From Octopus sinensis (taxonomy: Eukaryota), in NCBI RefSeq assembly GCF_006345805.1, contig NW_021827509.1:1-32782 (forward strand): DNA of 32,782 bases, in the 5' to 3' direction. Shown in pieces: positions 9,777-22,006 of this stretch. Made by a program: the position numbers and the translations under genes. The notes below the pieces were generated by a model that made no database searches, was not told where the DNA came from, and saw nothing but the letters and a program-made list of their open reading frames with translations. The first letter of the stretch is position 1. Each line of letters begins with the position of its first letter.

Positions 9777-10172
9777 GAGGGCATTATACATACATGCCAG
9801 AAGGCATTATACATACATGCCACACGCTAAGAGGGACAATTAGTCATTTCTACCAAAAATATACTAATCCCACCGAATGCAATTTTTCAAAGTAAGACAT
9901 TTAAAAAATATAGACCTGTATCACAGTGATTTCATACTTACGTATTCATCAGCAGGCCTGAATGCATTATAAATAAACGACCCTGCCCCGCTTATTAAGC
10001 CGATCAGCTAACTGATCAACATCAACGAAGCACATGGGTGAGTTTACATATATTACATCCGGATAAATGGCAAACTTTTACGAATTGCATTTCGGGAGAG
10101 CGTGGGTGTGGCATGTATGTATAATGCCTTGGCATGTATGTATAATGCCTTCTGGCATGTATGTATAATGCC

Positions 10173-10175
<3 letters not shown>
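9777..10175. mobile_element. 399-bp element with perfect 46-bp terminal inverted repeats (MITE-like; GAG..CTC termini, TATA flanks)
   Basis: 9777-9822 is the exact reverse complement of 10130-10175. The repeats are built of ggcattatacatacatgcc units (2 left, 3 right). There is no coding capacity. The termini resemble those of Sola elements (inference). Confidence 0.75.
9912..9959 (-). ncRNA. Canonical type I hammerhead ribozyme
   Basis: Minus strand: AGGCCTG-CTGATGA-ATAC GTAA GTAT-GAAA-TCAC T GTGA-TA-CAGGTCT. 7-bp stem I (one G.U), 4-bp stem II with a GNRA loop, palindromic stem III ATCAC-T-GTGAT, intact core and an AUA site (cut between 9919 and 9918). Confidence 0.88.
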
Positions 10176-10217
<42 letters not shown>

Positions 10218-10232
10218 TATATAATATATATA

Positions 10233-10281
<49 letters not shown>

Positions 10282-10485
10282 CTTAGACAAGGGGACAAGC
10301 TTGGACATAATCTCTGTTGAGTTTACTCATTTACATGATTTAGACTAAAATTGGACGGTTGGAAAAGTATAGTCAGATCTCTATCATATCAAGTTGTTGT
10401 TTTTTTCTACAGTTTACTCCCTTAATAAGCACAATTGTATTGTTTGTCCGTGAGTACCAGGGTTAGTCAGCCGCTTTTATTATAT

Positions 10486-11540
10486 CACTGGGGAATATTT
10501 CCGAAAAATGTTTTTGTTGTCTTTCTTTTTGTAATTAGTCATGTTATTTGATGGGGTTTCAGAAATGCCCTTAGAAATTCCCTGTCACGTCAAGATTTTT
10601 GTTAAACGGGATTTCAGTTTTTTACCAAAAATGTCATCTTTGCCATTAAAGGCAGAACAGTATTAGATATTTCTGTCAAACTGGAGTTTCAGCTTCTCAA
10701 GGAATGAACTTTCTCTTTGCGTAAATATCTTGCACCATGACAGTCTCTTTGCAGAGACCAGCAGTAGGCAGCCATCATGCTTGTGTTCCACCTGCCTTGA
10801 TACCTAGGTTCCATGGTCTCGATGTCTTCGTGGAATTTCACTTCTTGCTCATTGCTGATTGCACTACGACTTTCAGGGTAGTAGTGAAGATGACTGCAGG
10901 AAATGTACTTTTACACCCATGTTGCACCCGGTGCTCGAACTGGTAAATAGTTCTGCACAAGTTGTTCATAGTTTGGTGACTTTCTGTTTCCCAGGAAATC
11001 TGGCACAACTGTAGCAAAAACATTCTATGATGTTCTTTTCAACGCCAGACACGGTCTCCAAGACTTGCTTATCCCGAAATAGCACGTCAAACACACCAAT
11101 TTTAAATTTATCATAAGACAACACTGGAGACTTGCTTCTTAAGTATTTGAAACAGTCACCGTCTCAGTGTTTCAACACATGCTTTATATGGGGTACCCAG
11201 GCTTCCTTTTGATCACCTACTTTCATGTCGAAGTAAGGTGAGCTTCCTTCACAAAAGCTGTGATTTTGTTTCGCTGCCTAAGTAAAGCGTAACATCCACA
11301 AATATAGCAGACGATATCGGGGCTGTTTTTGCAGTTTCTTTTCTCACAACTGGCCACATTCATAAAACACAAAGCATGAATTCAAGCCAGTGGTCACCTG
11401 GATAAAATATTTTCAGAATCGTCAACAGTTATAAAGAAAATGCAGATTTGCGATAGCAAAAGTTCCATAAAGAGCATACATACCATGATGTTCTTTCTAG
11501 TTCTTTGACCATCCCTGATAAATATTTAACTTGACCCATG
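10486..11540 (-). mobile_element. Internally deleted Chapaev3/CMC-like DNA transposon
   Basis: Terminus CACTGGG at 10486 and a possible degenerate partner (ttgacccatg) at 11531-11540. A transposase remnant lies inside. The family name is from recall of the motifs, not from a search. Confidence 0.65.
10700..11357 (-). pseudogene. Transposase pseudogene: N-terminal Cys-rich region joined to C-terminal region
   Basis: Reads KRNCKNSPDIVCYICGCY..FDMKVGDQKEAWVPHI..ACVETLR | GDCFKYLRSK..KIGVFD..FLGNRKSPNYEQLV..CNMGVKVHFLQS..SNEQEVKFHEDIETMEPRYQGRWNTSMMAAYCWSLQRD. Confidence 0.82.
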
Positions 11541-12299
11541 CGACCTCGCAATTAAAGCATTATGGGCGCATTAAAATACCAATTATCATAAGGAATAGTT
11601 AAAGGTTCAACCAAACATGTTTCACCTAGTTTCAAGTGATAGCCACACTAAACCAAGCAGAGCATGGACACATCTGCACACAAACCCTACAAATACAAGC
11701 CACAGAAATGCGTTGCTTATTAACATTTATTTGCATAAAGGACGTTTTTGTCATTGCCATGACATTTAAAACTAATTAGATTGAAAATAGTGAAAGTTGC
11801 TCGTTTGATGCTTTTTAGTGAAAATACTTAAATCATGACTTTCGTTTCCACTTTTGTATTTGCATTTACTTTAAATGATGTTGAAAAACTGTTTTTGTTT
11901 ATGTCAAATATCATACATGGCTTTGCTTTTGATGAAGCCAAATCTATCCATAGAAATTGTGACTATACCGGAATTGTTGAGAAATGGACATTTGAGTTTG
12001 TGAAAATTCTTGACGTTTTGTAAAGCAAAATGGATTTCTTTATTTTAAACCAGAACCCCCAACATTACTACGAAACATGTCTCCAAGAAAACCATATTTC
12101 TCAATGTTATATATATAAGTAAACATGTTTAAATGATTATCGTTGAAGGGGTGAAATTGCGTTAGACCCTGTAGCTGATAATTGATGAGGACTTGGTGAC
12201 CTTCTGTGTCTGTTTCTAGTTTGATTGTACATTATTATATGTTTTTAAACTTATCATTTAACGGGACGCCACGTACTGTTATTTTCTTCACGAGTAACT

Positions 12300-12626
12300 G
12301 TTTATATACACATAAATACACACACACACACACCACACACACACATGAAAACAACGCACACAAAGCGGAATCTGGACGTGCACGAGCGTTCTCACATGAA
12401 ATGATTAAATAATTAATCAACACAAAAATACAAGGGCTAATGCAATAGAAACAACAATCTATCTGTATATTTATTTACTCATTCCAGAATCCCATATAGT
12501 CTCGTGTAACTTCGTATATTCTCATCCAAAATGGAGACGTGTACCAACGTTCACACGAGAACTCGGTATTGAGTATACATTCTCACTATTCGATATTAGC
12601 GTATATACATGCACACACACACACAT

Positions 12627-12672
<46 letters not shown>

Positions 12673-13237
12673 TCGCGCACACACACACGTAGTTACACAG
12701 AAACACAATGACACACACAGACACACAGAAACACAATGACACACACACACGCACACACGCATACGCACACACACACACACACGTATCCATCCAAAATAGG
12801 AAACAAAGGAAAAGAAGGAAAAAAATGAAAGAAAGAATAAATGAACGAAAAAAAGAAAGAAAGAAAGAAAGAAAGAATAAATGGAGGGGAAAAGAAAGAA
12901 AGGGAAAGAGATGAAATCTAAAAGAGATTGGTAGTAAGATTTGAAGAACTTCCCCTTTAATTGAAGGTGTGTGAGAGTGTATGGGGGGCCGGGGTGGGGG
13001 AAGGGGTTGGGGTGAATTTAGTGGAATTTTTGTTATTTCCTTTACAGAGTTGCTAATGAGAAAATAATGAGCCACAACGTATACAGGTGTCTCTTCTACA
13101 TATACTCTCACACGCATGCGCACATACACACGCACGCATACACATATATCTATACATAAACTGCATATATACATACATACATACACACACACACACGCAC
13201 ACACAAACACACACACACACACACACACACACCACAC

Positions 13238-13280
<43 letters not shown>

Positions 13281-13436
13281 GACTTTGTGCGTCCATGTGT
13301 CTCTGTCTGTATTTGTGTGTGTGTGTGTATGCATGTGTGTGCCTGTGCGTACTAGTTAAAGTACACGCATCACATCTGGGTTGTGTGAATACATAAATAA
13401 CGCAAACACATGCACGCACTCACGTACGTGTATGTA

Positions 13437-13476
<40 letters not shown>

Positions 13477-13495
13477 GTATGTATGTATATCTATG

Positions 13496-13552
<57 letters not shown>

Positions 13553-13740
13553 TATGTAGTTATATACATCAATATATACACATACATATAAATATATGTA
13601 CGAGTATATGTGTATATGTGTGTGTGTGTGTATGTGCACGCGCATCAGCATGACCGCAGCTCTGAGATGAAACTACAGAAAAAATATATATACACACACA
13701 TTCACACACACGCACGCACACACATACATGCACACGTTCG
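12300..13740. repeat. CA/TA/GAAA microsatellite-rich region
   Basis: Read directly from the sequence. The many HT/VC/IY ORFs here are repeat translations. Confidence 0.9.
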
Positions 13741-14386
13741 TGCTTGAAAGACGACAAAAAAACTAAAAAGTCAAAATATTTAGCTATTTATATTGTACGC
13801 TGCTGTTTGTCTCCTTCGCCAGTAATCGGAGTTTCGCCTAAGATATGTTCGTTAGGCATCGAAGGCTTTTCAGAAGAGAATTGTTTTAGAAATTTCCAGT
13901 ATATCAAATATGATAACACATCACATCAGTTTCAAAGAAAGTATAAGATAGTTGAAGAGAACAGATAGCAAGGTACCATATGCTGCAGGTAAGACCCCTG
14001 CTACTCATGCAAAAACCTCAGGGATTTGGGGACAGCAAAGATTTGAGGTTGGTGTTTGGGTGTTAAATGTCTTCCACGATACTTAACATCTGGTTACAAT
14101 TCCTTATAATTCGAGTAAAGAGACCTTGAGAGACGCTGTGAAATCTTTGAAGACAGGTTGTTGTCTGCTCGCACAGAATTAACCGGAGCAAGTAAGATCG
14201 AGAGCTCTGTAAACAAAAGGGAATAAATAGATAGATAAATAAATGAATAAATAAATAATCAGAAGAATACCATTCCGCATTTTATATCCTGCAAGAATCT
14301 CAACAATTCCTGAGATTTGAGGAGATCTATTGTCACCAAATCTCAAGATGAAAAAAACCCCTGCTAACTAAATTACCATGCACTAG

Positions 14387-14405
14387 AGTAATAATAATAA
14401 TAGTG

Positions 14406-14491
<86 letters not shown>
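14387..14491. repeat. (TAA)n microsatellite
   Basis: Read directly from the sequence. Confidence 0.97.
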
Positions 14492-15129
<638 letters not shown>

Positions 15130-15180
15130 TTGTTGTTGTTATTATTATTATTATCATCATTATTATTATTATTATTATTA

Positions 15181-15969
15181 CTTTTTTTTCTTCTTTCAAA
15201 TTTGCCATCATTTCTTGCCGAGTGTCTTCCCGACTCCTAGGGCAAAGAAACTCATAGTATACATTGGTAGGCCATTAAACCAAACTCAGTAGTTCGTCAT
15301 TTTTTTTTTTTTTAAAGTTAATTAAAATACATGAGCAGCAACAGTTCTCACATCGACAATGCTCTTCTCAATACGTGTGATGTACCAGTTAAGACAATCT
15401 TTTGCACTTCTTGCAGGGATGGTAAGCCAGGGATCATTCTCATATAATTTTCGGTTCCCTTCTTGATCATTCCTAGTGCTCCTACGATCACTGGTATTGT
15501 AACCGCCTTGAGATGCACATTTTCTCAATTTCAATGAGTAGGTCTTTATATTTTCTGAGCTTGTCAAACTCTTTCGCTGAGATATTATGATCACAGGGGA
15601 TGCTCATGTCGATCAATAAGCAAACTTTATTGTTTTGGTCTTTCACAACAATATCTGGTTTATTGGCCTTGATGGTTCGGTCTGTATGTACTGGAAAGTC
15701 CCACAGAATGGTTACATTTTCTCCTTCAGTTACAGCCTCAGGGTGGTGATTATACCACTTGTCAGCAGTTTTGATATTGTAATGCCGACTTATTAGCCAG
15801 TGGAGATATTGGCCAACTCTGTCATGTCTTAATTTATACTCCACTGGTGCTAAGACTTTACATCCAGAGATTAGGTGATCCACTGTTTCAATCATGTCGT
15901 TGCAGAATCGGCATTTTGGGTCTGCTCCATTTTTCATCACATTGGCCTGGTAGTTCCGAGTTAATAGGC

Positions 15970-15970
<1 letters not shown>
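15181..15970 (-). mobile_element. 5'-truncated R4/Dong-clade non-LTR retrotransposon
   Basis: CCHC knuckle (CRFCNDMIETVDHLISGC) and restriction-like endonuclease (ANKPDIVV..LLIDMSIP..KLRKYKDL). After one frameshift it reads HLKAVTIPVIVGALGMI..HVLRRALSM*. The 3' UTR ends in (TAA)n and the 5' end abuts (TAA)n. Confidence 0.9.
15488..15940 (-). CDS. R4/Dong ORF fragment: zinc knuckle plus RLE endonuclease (5'-truncated, frameshifted)
   Basis: Track ORF 15488..15940 with CCHC and PD-(D/E)xK-type motifs. Confidence 0.75.
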   Translation of the reverse strand: MMKNGADPKCRFCNDMIETVDHLISGCKVLAPVEYKLRHDRVGQYLHWLISRHYNIKTADKWYNHHPEAVTEGENVTILWDFPVHTDRTIKANKPDIVVKDQNNKVCLLIDMSIPCDHNISAKEFDKLRKYKDLLIEIEKMCISRRLQYQ

Positions 15971-16004
<34 letters not shown>

Positions 16005-16685
16005 CATTATTATTATTATTATAAACACTATAAATTACTAAAACAGTGGAAGGAAGTTTATGTTGTCAAGAAGATTAAAAGTTTAACGTTTTGAGTAGAA
16101 ATCTTAATCGAAGGAAATAAAAACAACGTTATAAAGTAATTCTGTTGTATTTTAGGACAAAAAGTGGGGCTAATGCAGATTCGCACCTCTTCTTGAAAAA
16201 TGTAGTTTTTGAAAAAAATTTCGGATTCCTACGTTGATGTCGGAGATTACGAATATACAAACCCAAAATTAAAATTTAGCCCCTCCACCTAAGCCTCCAT
16301 GCCCCCAATTTTAAGTTTTGATTTTGTTTACTTGAAAGGGATTGTAGCGAATTGATGAGCATATGCAAATCGAAATTAAATCCAGACAAAAACATGAAAG
16401 TGAAGAGAATTTGCGTTTTGTGTAAATAAGAATCTAAGGTAAATTAAATTCACCATTTTATGAGAAACAAACATTAATTCTTAATGATTAATGTTATAAA
16501 CTTTAATAAGGGTCCTAAATTTCACCCCTTCCCTTAATTTTAAATTTTGAACTTTTTCATCCATTTATTTATTTATCTGTCTATTTATCTCAGTCCGTTT
16601 ATTCATAAAATATATTTGTCAACTGAATGTGGCGGTCCTCTAGAAGACTGTGTTACTGTTGTTTTTAGTCCCAGGAAGACATTCA

Positions 16686-16800
<115 letters not shown>

Positions 16801-16935
16801 TTGCTTATTGAATTTAAAATTTTGAAAACGTGGTTTCTTGCATATTCGGAATCTCCGTCATCTAAAACATACGGGGAAAAAATTTCGAAAAAGTTCAGAA
16901 TATGGGAAAAAGGGGGATTATTATTTTTTTTTTTT

Positions 16936-17354
16936 GCGAGTAGCCGTGTAGTAAGTTGCTTGTTTACCAACCACGTTGTTCCGGGTTCAGTCCAACTGCG
17001 TGGAACCTTCGGCAAGTGTCTTCTACTATAGCTTCGGGCCGACCAAAGCCTTGTGAGTGGATTTGGTAGACAGAAACTGAAAGAAGCCCGTCGTATATAT
17101 GTATGTATATATATGTGTGTGTGTATGTGTGTGTGTATATGTTTGTGTGTCTCTGTTTGTCCCCCCAACATCGCTTGACTGCCGATGCTGGTGTGTTTAC
17201 GCCCCCGTAACTTAGCGGTTCGGCAAAAGAAGTCACCGACAGAATAAGTACTGGGCTTACAAAGAATAAGTCCCGGGGTCGATTTGCTCGACTAAAGGCG
17301 GTGCTCCAAAATGGCCGCAGTCAAATGACTGGAACAAGTAAAAGAGTAAAAGAG
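16936..17354 (+). mobile_element. Near full-length tRNA-derived SINE (OR/CORE-like)
   Basis: Head with B-box-like gggttcagtcc, core ggcaagtgtcttctactatagc and tail ggcggtgctcc..atggccgcagtcaaatgactggaacaa(gtaaaaga)n. Confidence 0.9.
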
Positions 17355-17489
17355 CAACATTCGTAATCTCCGACATCTTAAACGTAGGAATCTGAAATTT
17401 TTTTTTTCAAAACACTGCATTTTTCAAGGAGGGGTGCGAAACTGCACTAGCCCCCAAAAAGTTTCTCGTCGGCTAACATTTTCCTGATA

Positions 17490-17866
17490 TCTCTCTATAT
17501 ATAAACGGCAAAATGTCTGTGTGTGTGTATGTGTGTGTATCCTTTATACAAATCCACATTTTTTTCAGTTAGAGGGCTCGCACTTTTTATGGTCATTTAA
17601 AACCGTCCAAGGGTGGTCGTGCACAACTTTACATTTCCCCAGTCACCCCACAAAGCCATTAAAAAATCAATAGAAGTGACTTTTTTGTGAATTTTCTATC
17701 CAAAACCCAATCAAAATGCCCGAAACTTGATACGCCAATTGAATGCCAGCTAGCTGTATGTGATTGGTCGGAGATTTGGACAGTACTCAAGTGTATGTGC
17801 GCACGCACGCAGCTGTATATGCATGCACTAGCACTATGACCCGGCGTTGCCGGGTCATAGTGTTAG
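17490..17866 (+). mobile_element. Non-autonomous Helitron
   Basis: 5' A|TC (tctctctatatataaacggc..). 3' GC-rich hairpin cccggc-gtt-gccggg ending in TTAG|T, a CTAG variant. Related copy at 32007-32383. Confidence 0.78.
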
Positions 17867-18366
17867 TACGTAATATTTTTCTAAAGATGACATATTGTTT
17901 GGTGCACCTGAAGCATAACAAAACCCTGCAATCGTTTAATCTTTAAATTTTGTCAGTGTGGTCAAGATAGGATCTTGAAAGCCCGAGCAATGATTTATTC
18001 TGTTACATACAAATGTATTGTGATAATGTGAACATGCGAATAACGTTTGGTACAGTTTTGTCCTTTTCTTGTTTTATCTTTATTGAGATACCTGAATAAT
18101 GACAATACTGCCGACAAATATACAAGTATTTCCTTTATTGCTTTTATGGGATCCAGCCCAAAGGCTGTGGCCTTACTGGAGCAACGTCGTCGATATATAA
18201 AACCTGAAGTCTTAGATTTCAGCTATTTTGATTTCAATTGATATTGTTTAGTGAGATTATTTAGGTTGGAGACATCACTTTTTTCTTTCCTTTTACGAAT
18301 GAACAAATTTCTTTGTTGTGTGTGTGTATATTTGTGCTTCTCTCTCTCCTCTTCTCTCTCTCCTCT

Positions 18367-18487
<121 letters not shown>

Positions 18488-18593
18488 ATATTTCGGAATG
18501 GTCATATTGCCAGTTTACCCAATAAAAACACACGCACTATATATTTGGTGTTATTTTGCTTCAGTGATATTTATTTTTTACATTAATCTTAAT

Positions 18594-19012
18594 CTAGCTG
18601 ACGGGGACGTAAACACACCAGCAATGCTAGGGGGACAAACACAGACACACAAACACATACACAAACATATATACATATATATACATATATACGACAGGCT
18701 TCTATCAGTTTCCGTCTACCAAATCCACTCACAAGGCATTGGTCGGCCCGAGGCTATAGTAGAAGACACTTGCCCAAGGTGACACGCAGTGGGATTGAAC
18801 CCGGAACCATGTGGTTGGTTGAAGACATCACTTTTTTTTTCGTTTTACGAATGAACAAATTTCAGCTAGCGGTTCGGCAAAAGAAACCGATAGAATAAGT
18901 ACTGGGCTTACAAAGAATAAGTCTCGGGGTCGATTTGCTCGACTAAAGGCGGTGCTCCAGCATGGCAGCAGTCAAATGACTGAAACAAGTAAAAGAGTAA
19001 AAGAGTAAAGAG
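18594..19012. mobile_element. Rearranged SINE: inverted 5' half (18594-18816), 47-bp insert, forward 3' half (18863-19012)
   Basis: The 5' half is on minus and the 3' half on plus. CAGCTAG is duplicated at the break, and the insert copies 18264-18311. Confidence 0.8.
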
Positions 19013-19047
<35 letters not shown>

Positions 19048-19539
19048 CATATATACACACACGTTTTGTCTCACTAGACATATATATCTACCTCGTTCTC
19101 TCTCTCTCTCTCTCTCATTCTCCTTACTTCTATCTATCCATCTGTCTCCAGATCTGAAAGATTGCAGAAACTTTTTTTTAAAAACATAAAATAAGACACA
19201 AAATAAAAAAGAAAAGAAAAACAGTGTCGACGCTTCACATATCATAAAATCGGTGGAGCGTTTGTGTTACGACGACGGTTACGTGACTGTGAGAGATTAT
19301 GCGAGATGTTGTATGGAATAAGGTGGGGGGGGGGAGAGGTTGTATGTGATCGGATGAGAGAGAGAGAGAGATAGAGGGAGAGAGAGTGGAAAGGGAGGTT
19401 AGAAGGAAGAGAGAGAGACTGAAATAACAATGCAAATGATAAAGAAGTGAGATGAAGAGAGAGGCTTGAGACATGGAGATAGAATTGTAAATAGGGAAAC
19501 AGGGAAAGCAACAGTGAAAGACGGGAGGGAGGGAGTGAG

Positions 19540-19705
19540 GGATGGATGGAGGAGAGAAAGAAAGAGAGAAAGAAAGAGAGAAAGGAAGATAGAAAGAAAG
19601 AAAGAAAGAAAGAAGAAAAAGAAAGAAAGGACGGATCGAAGTATGACCGAAGGAAGGAAAGAATGGAAGAAAGAAGGAAACAAAGAAAGAAAGATAGAAA
19701 ACAGT

Positions 19706-19741
<36 letters not shown>

Positions 19742-19826
19742 GAAAAAGAAAGAAAGCAGGAAGGATAGAAGTATGACCGAAGGAAGGAAGGAAAGGAAAA
19801 AAGAAGGAAAGAAAGAAACAAACAAA

Positions 19827-19858
<32 letters not shown>

Positions 19859-19912
19859 AAAAAAAGAAAGAAAGAAAGAAAGAAAGAAGGAAGGATAGAA
19901 GTATGACCGCAA
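19540..19912. repeat. (GAAA)n-rich minisatellite with 130-bp period
   Basis: gtatgaccg core at 19641, 19771 and 19901. Confidence 0.85.
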
Positions 19913-19999
19913 CAACGGCTTAAATTTCCCCACAGAGAAATAGAGCAGAAGCCAAAGTAGTGGTCTGCATCCATCTCTACTGTTTCTCTTCTTTAGAGT

Positions 20000-20540
20000 G
20001 TGATAACGAACAACAATATAGCTGAATCGGAAGAGCATCGGACAGCAAGTAACATTAGTACTATATACGGCAACTCCTGTGTTCATATCGTAGTTCGTTT
20101 TAAGACCAATTGTTTAAAGACAGACGATGCCATACGCGCCAGACGCTTCAACGACAGAGTCCTACATGCAGTCTCCTACGCAAGTGAGAGACGGGCTGCT
20201 ACGAAGAGGACAGGACATCGATTGACTACGATGCAAGAGGGCCATAGGAAGATCCATGCCAGGAACATCATTACTGAAGAATATTCGGAATGAGATAATT
20301 GGAGAACGGACCGGAGTGGACGATGTGATCGCAGAATACTGAAAGCACATGGTTCTGCTGGTCTGGAGATGTTACAAAGCTCACAGAAAAGCAGACGGTT
20401 CCGTGTAATTGCCGAGTCGCATCCAGGTGATCAGAAAAGGCAACTTAGAAGGTTTCCAAGACGATTTGGGTCCAAACGAGAAAGAATGGCGCAATTAAGA
20501 GAGAATTGGAAGCGCATTGTGACTAGCAATGTAAAATAGT
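20000..20540 (+). pseudogene. Degenerate RTE LINE ORF 3' fragment
   Basis: Reads IRARRFNDRVLHAVSYASE / AIGRSMPGTSLLKNIRNEIIGERTGVDDVIAEY / WSGDVTKL, similar to RTE LFxxxVLPxxxYASETW..IRNEEIRxRTGVxD..WAGHV. Confidence 0.72.
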
Positions 20541-20609
20541 ATCTGATGACCAACTCGATACTGTGATTATATAAATAAATACATATATATATATACACAC
20601 ACACATATA

Positions 20610-20643
<34 letters not shown>

Positions 20644-21114
20644 CATACATACATACATACATACATACATACAAATATATATATGCATGTATGTATGTAT
20701 GTATGTATGTATGTATGTATGTATATGTATGTAGCGTTTTCAACTCAAATCTATGAAGAGATTTTTTTTATCTCGGACGATTCCAAACTATTATGTCTGC
20801 TAACGGAATTGTATATAGAATGAAGTGGGCTACAGAGATGGCGATTATATATATATATATATAAATTAGTAATGCAATACTAGAGTATTGCCTTCCAGTA
20901 AAGAATAGCCCGTGAGGGAAAAATATACAAAGAAGTAAATATATGGCACAACGAAGTACCGATATTTACTTGAAATAGCGAACGTAATAATACGACGCTA
21001 ATGTATAGCTTCACCGCGTATGTACTAGCAAAAATGCGTGTGTGCAACAAACTAGAAAAAATTGTCTTACCTCCAGGGAGAACATCTGAAAGATGAAATA
21101 CCTGGAAACGGATA

Positions 21115-21194
21115 ATGTGGGACCTGCGCAGGTTTCGGATCTTTCAAGATATGTCTGCACCCATAAACTTGATCTATCTTCATCAGCCAAACAT
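21115..21194 (-). ncRNA. Type I hammerhead ribozyme with long stem II
   Basis: Minus strand: ATGTTTGG-CTGATGA-AGAT aga TCAAG..CTTGA aag ATCC-GAAA-CCTGCGCAGG-TC-CCACAT. Perfect 12-nt palindrome ACCTGCGCAGGT, GUC site, A.C at 10.1/11.1. Confidence 0.78.
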
Positions 21195-21740
21195 ATACCA
21201 CGACAAAATTTCAGATGTTACCACATTAATGCCATTACACTCGACTGAAACGCCGAAACGCTAACAGCACGAGAACAGTGAAGAAGTTTCAATAAATTAG
21301 TAATGCAATACTAGAGTATTGCTTTCCAGTAAAGAATAGCCCGTGAGGGAAAAATATACAAAGAAGTAAATATATGGCACAACGAAGTACCGATATTTAC
21401 TGGAAATAGCGAACGTAATAATACGACGCTAATGTATAGCTTCACCGCGTATGTATTAGCAAAAATTTATTCTAGTTTGTTGCACACACGCATTTTTGCT
21501 AGTACATACGCGGTGAAGCTATACATTAGCGTCGTATTATTACGTTCGCTATTTCCAGTAAATATCGGTACTTCGTTGTGCCATATATTTACGGGCTATT
21601 CTTTACTGGAAAGCAATACTTTAGTATTGCATTACTAATTTATTGAAACTTCTTCACCGTTCTCGTGCTGTTAGCGTTTCGGCGTTTCAGTCGAGTGTAA
21701 TGGCATTAATGTGGTAACATCTGAAATTTTGTCGTGGTAT

Positions 21741-21820
21741 ATGTTTGGTTGATGAAGATAGATCAAGTTTATGGGTGCAGACATATCTTGAAAAATCCGA
21801 AACCTGCGCAGGTCCCACAT
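21741..21820 (+). ncRNA. Type I hammerhead ribozyme, inverted copy with C3U
   Basis: Same as 21115-21194 but the core reads TTGATGA (21749-21755). Confidence 0.68.
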
Positions 21821-22006
21821 TATCCTTTTCCAGGTATTTCATCTTTCAGATGTTCTCCCTGGAGGTAAGACAATTTTTTCTAGTTTGTTGCACACACGCA
21901 TTTTTGCTAGTACATACGCGGTGAAGCTATACATTAGCGTCGTATTATTACGTTCGCTATTTCCAGTAAATATCGGTACTTCGTTGTGCCATATATTTAC
22001 TTCTTG

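Noticed and set aside
11560-11650. Minus-strand LGETCLVEPLTIPYDNWYF as a piggyBac remnant
   Set aside because: Too short and weak, with no flanking motifs, TIR or TTAA.
13900-13995. Possible host exon ending GCAG|gtaaga at ~13988
   Set aside because: No convincing upstream acceptor, stops in the candidate frames and no recognisable peptide.
19629-19912. Regularly spaced repeat as a CRISPR array
   Set aside because: Eukaryotic context, only three short cores, spacers are homologous low-complexity GAAA tracts, and no cas genes.
20544-20560. Isolated CTGATGA/CTGACGA/CTGAAGA heptamers (also ~4297, ~14615, ~20275, ~32295)
   Set aside because: None has a downstream stem II, GAAA and closing helices.
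20610-20732. (CATA)n followed by (TATG)n forming a hairpin
   Set aside because: Simple inverted microsatellite with no further structure.
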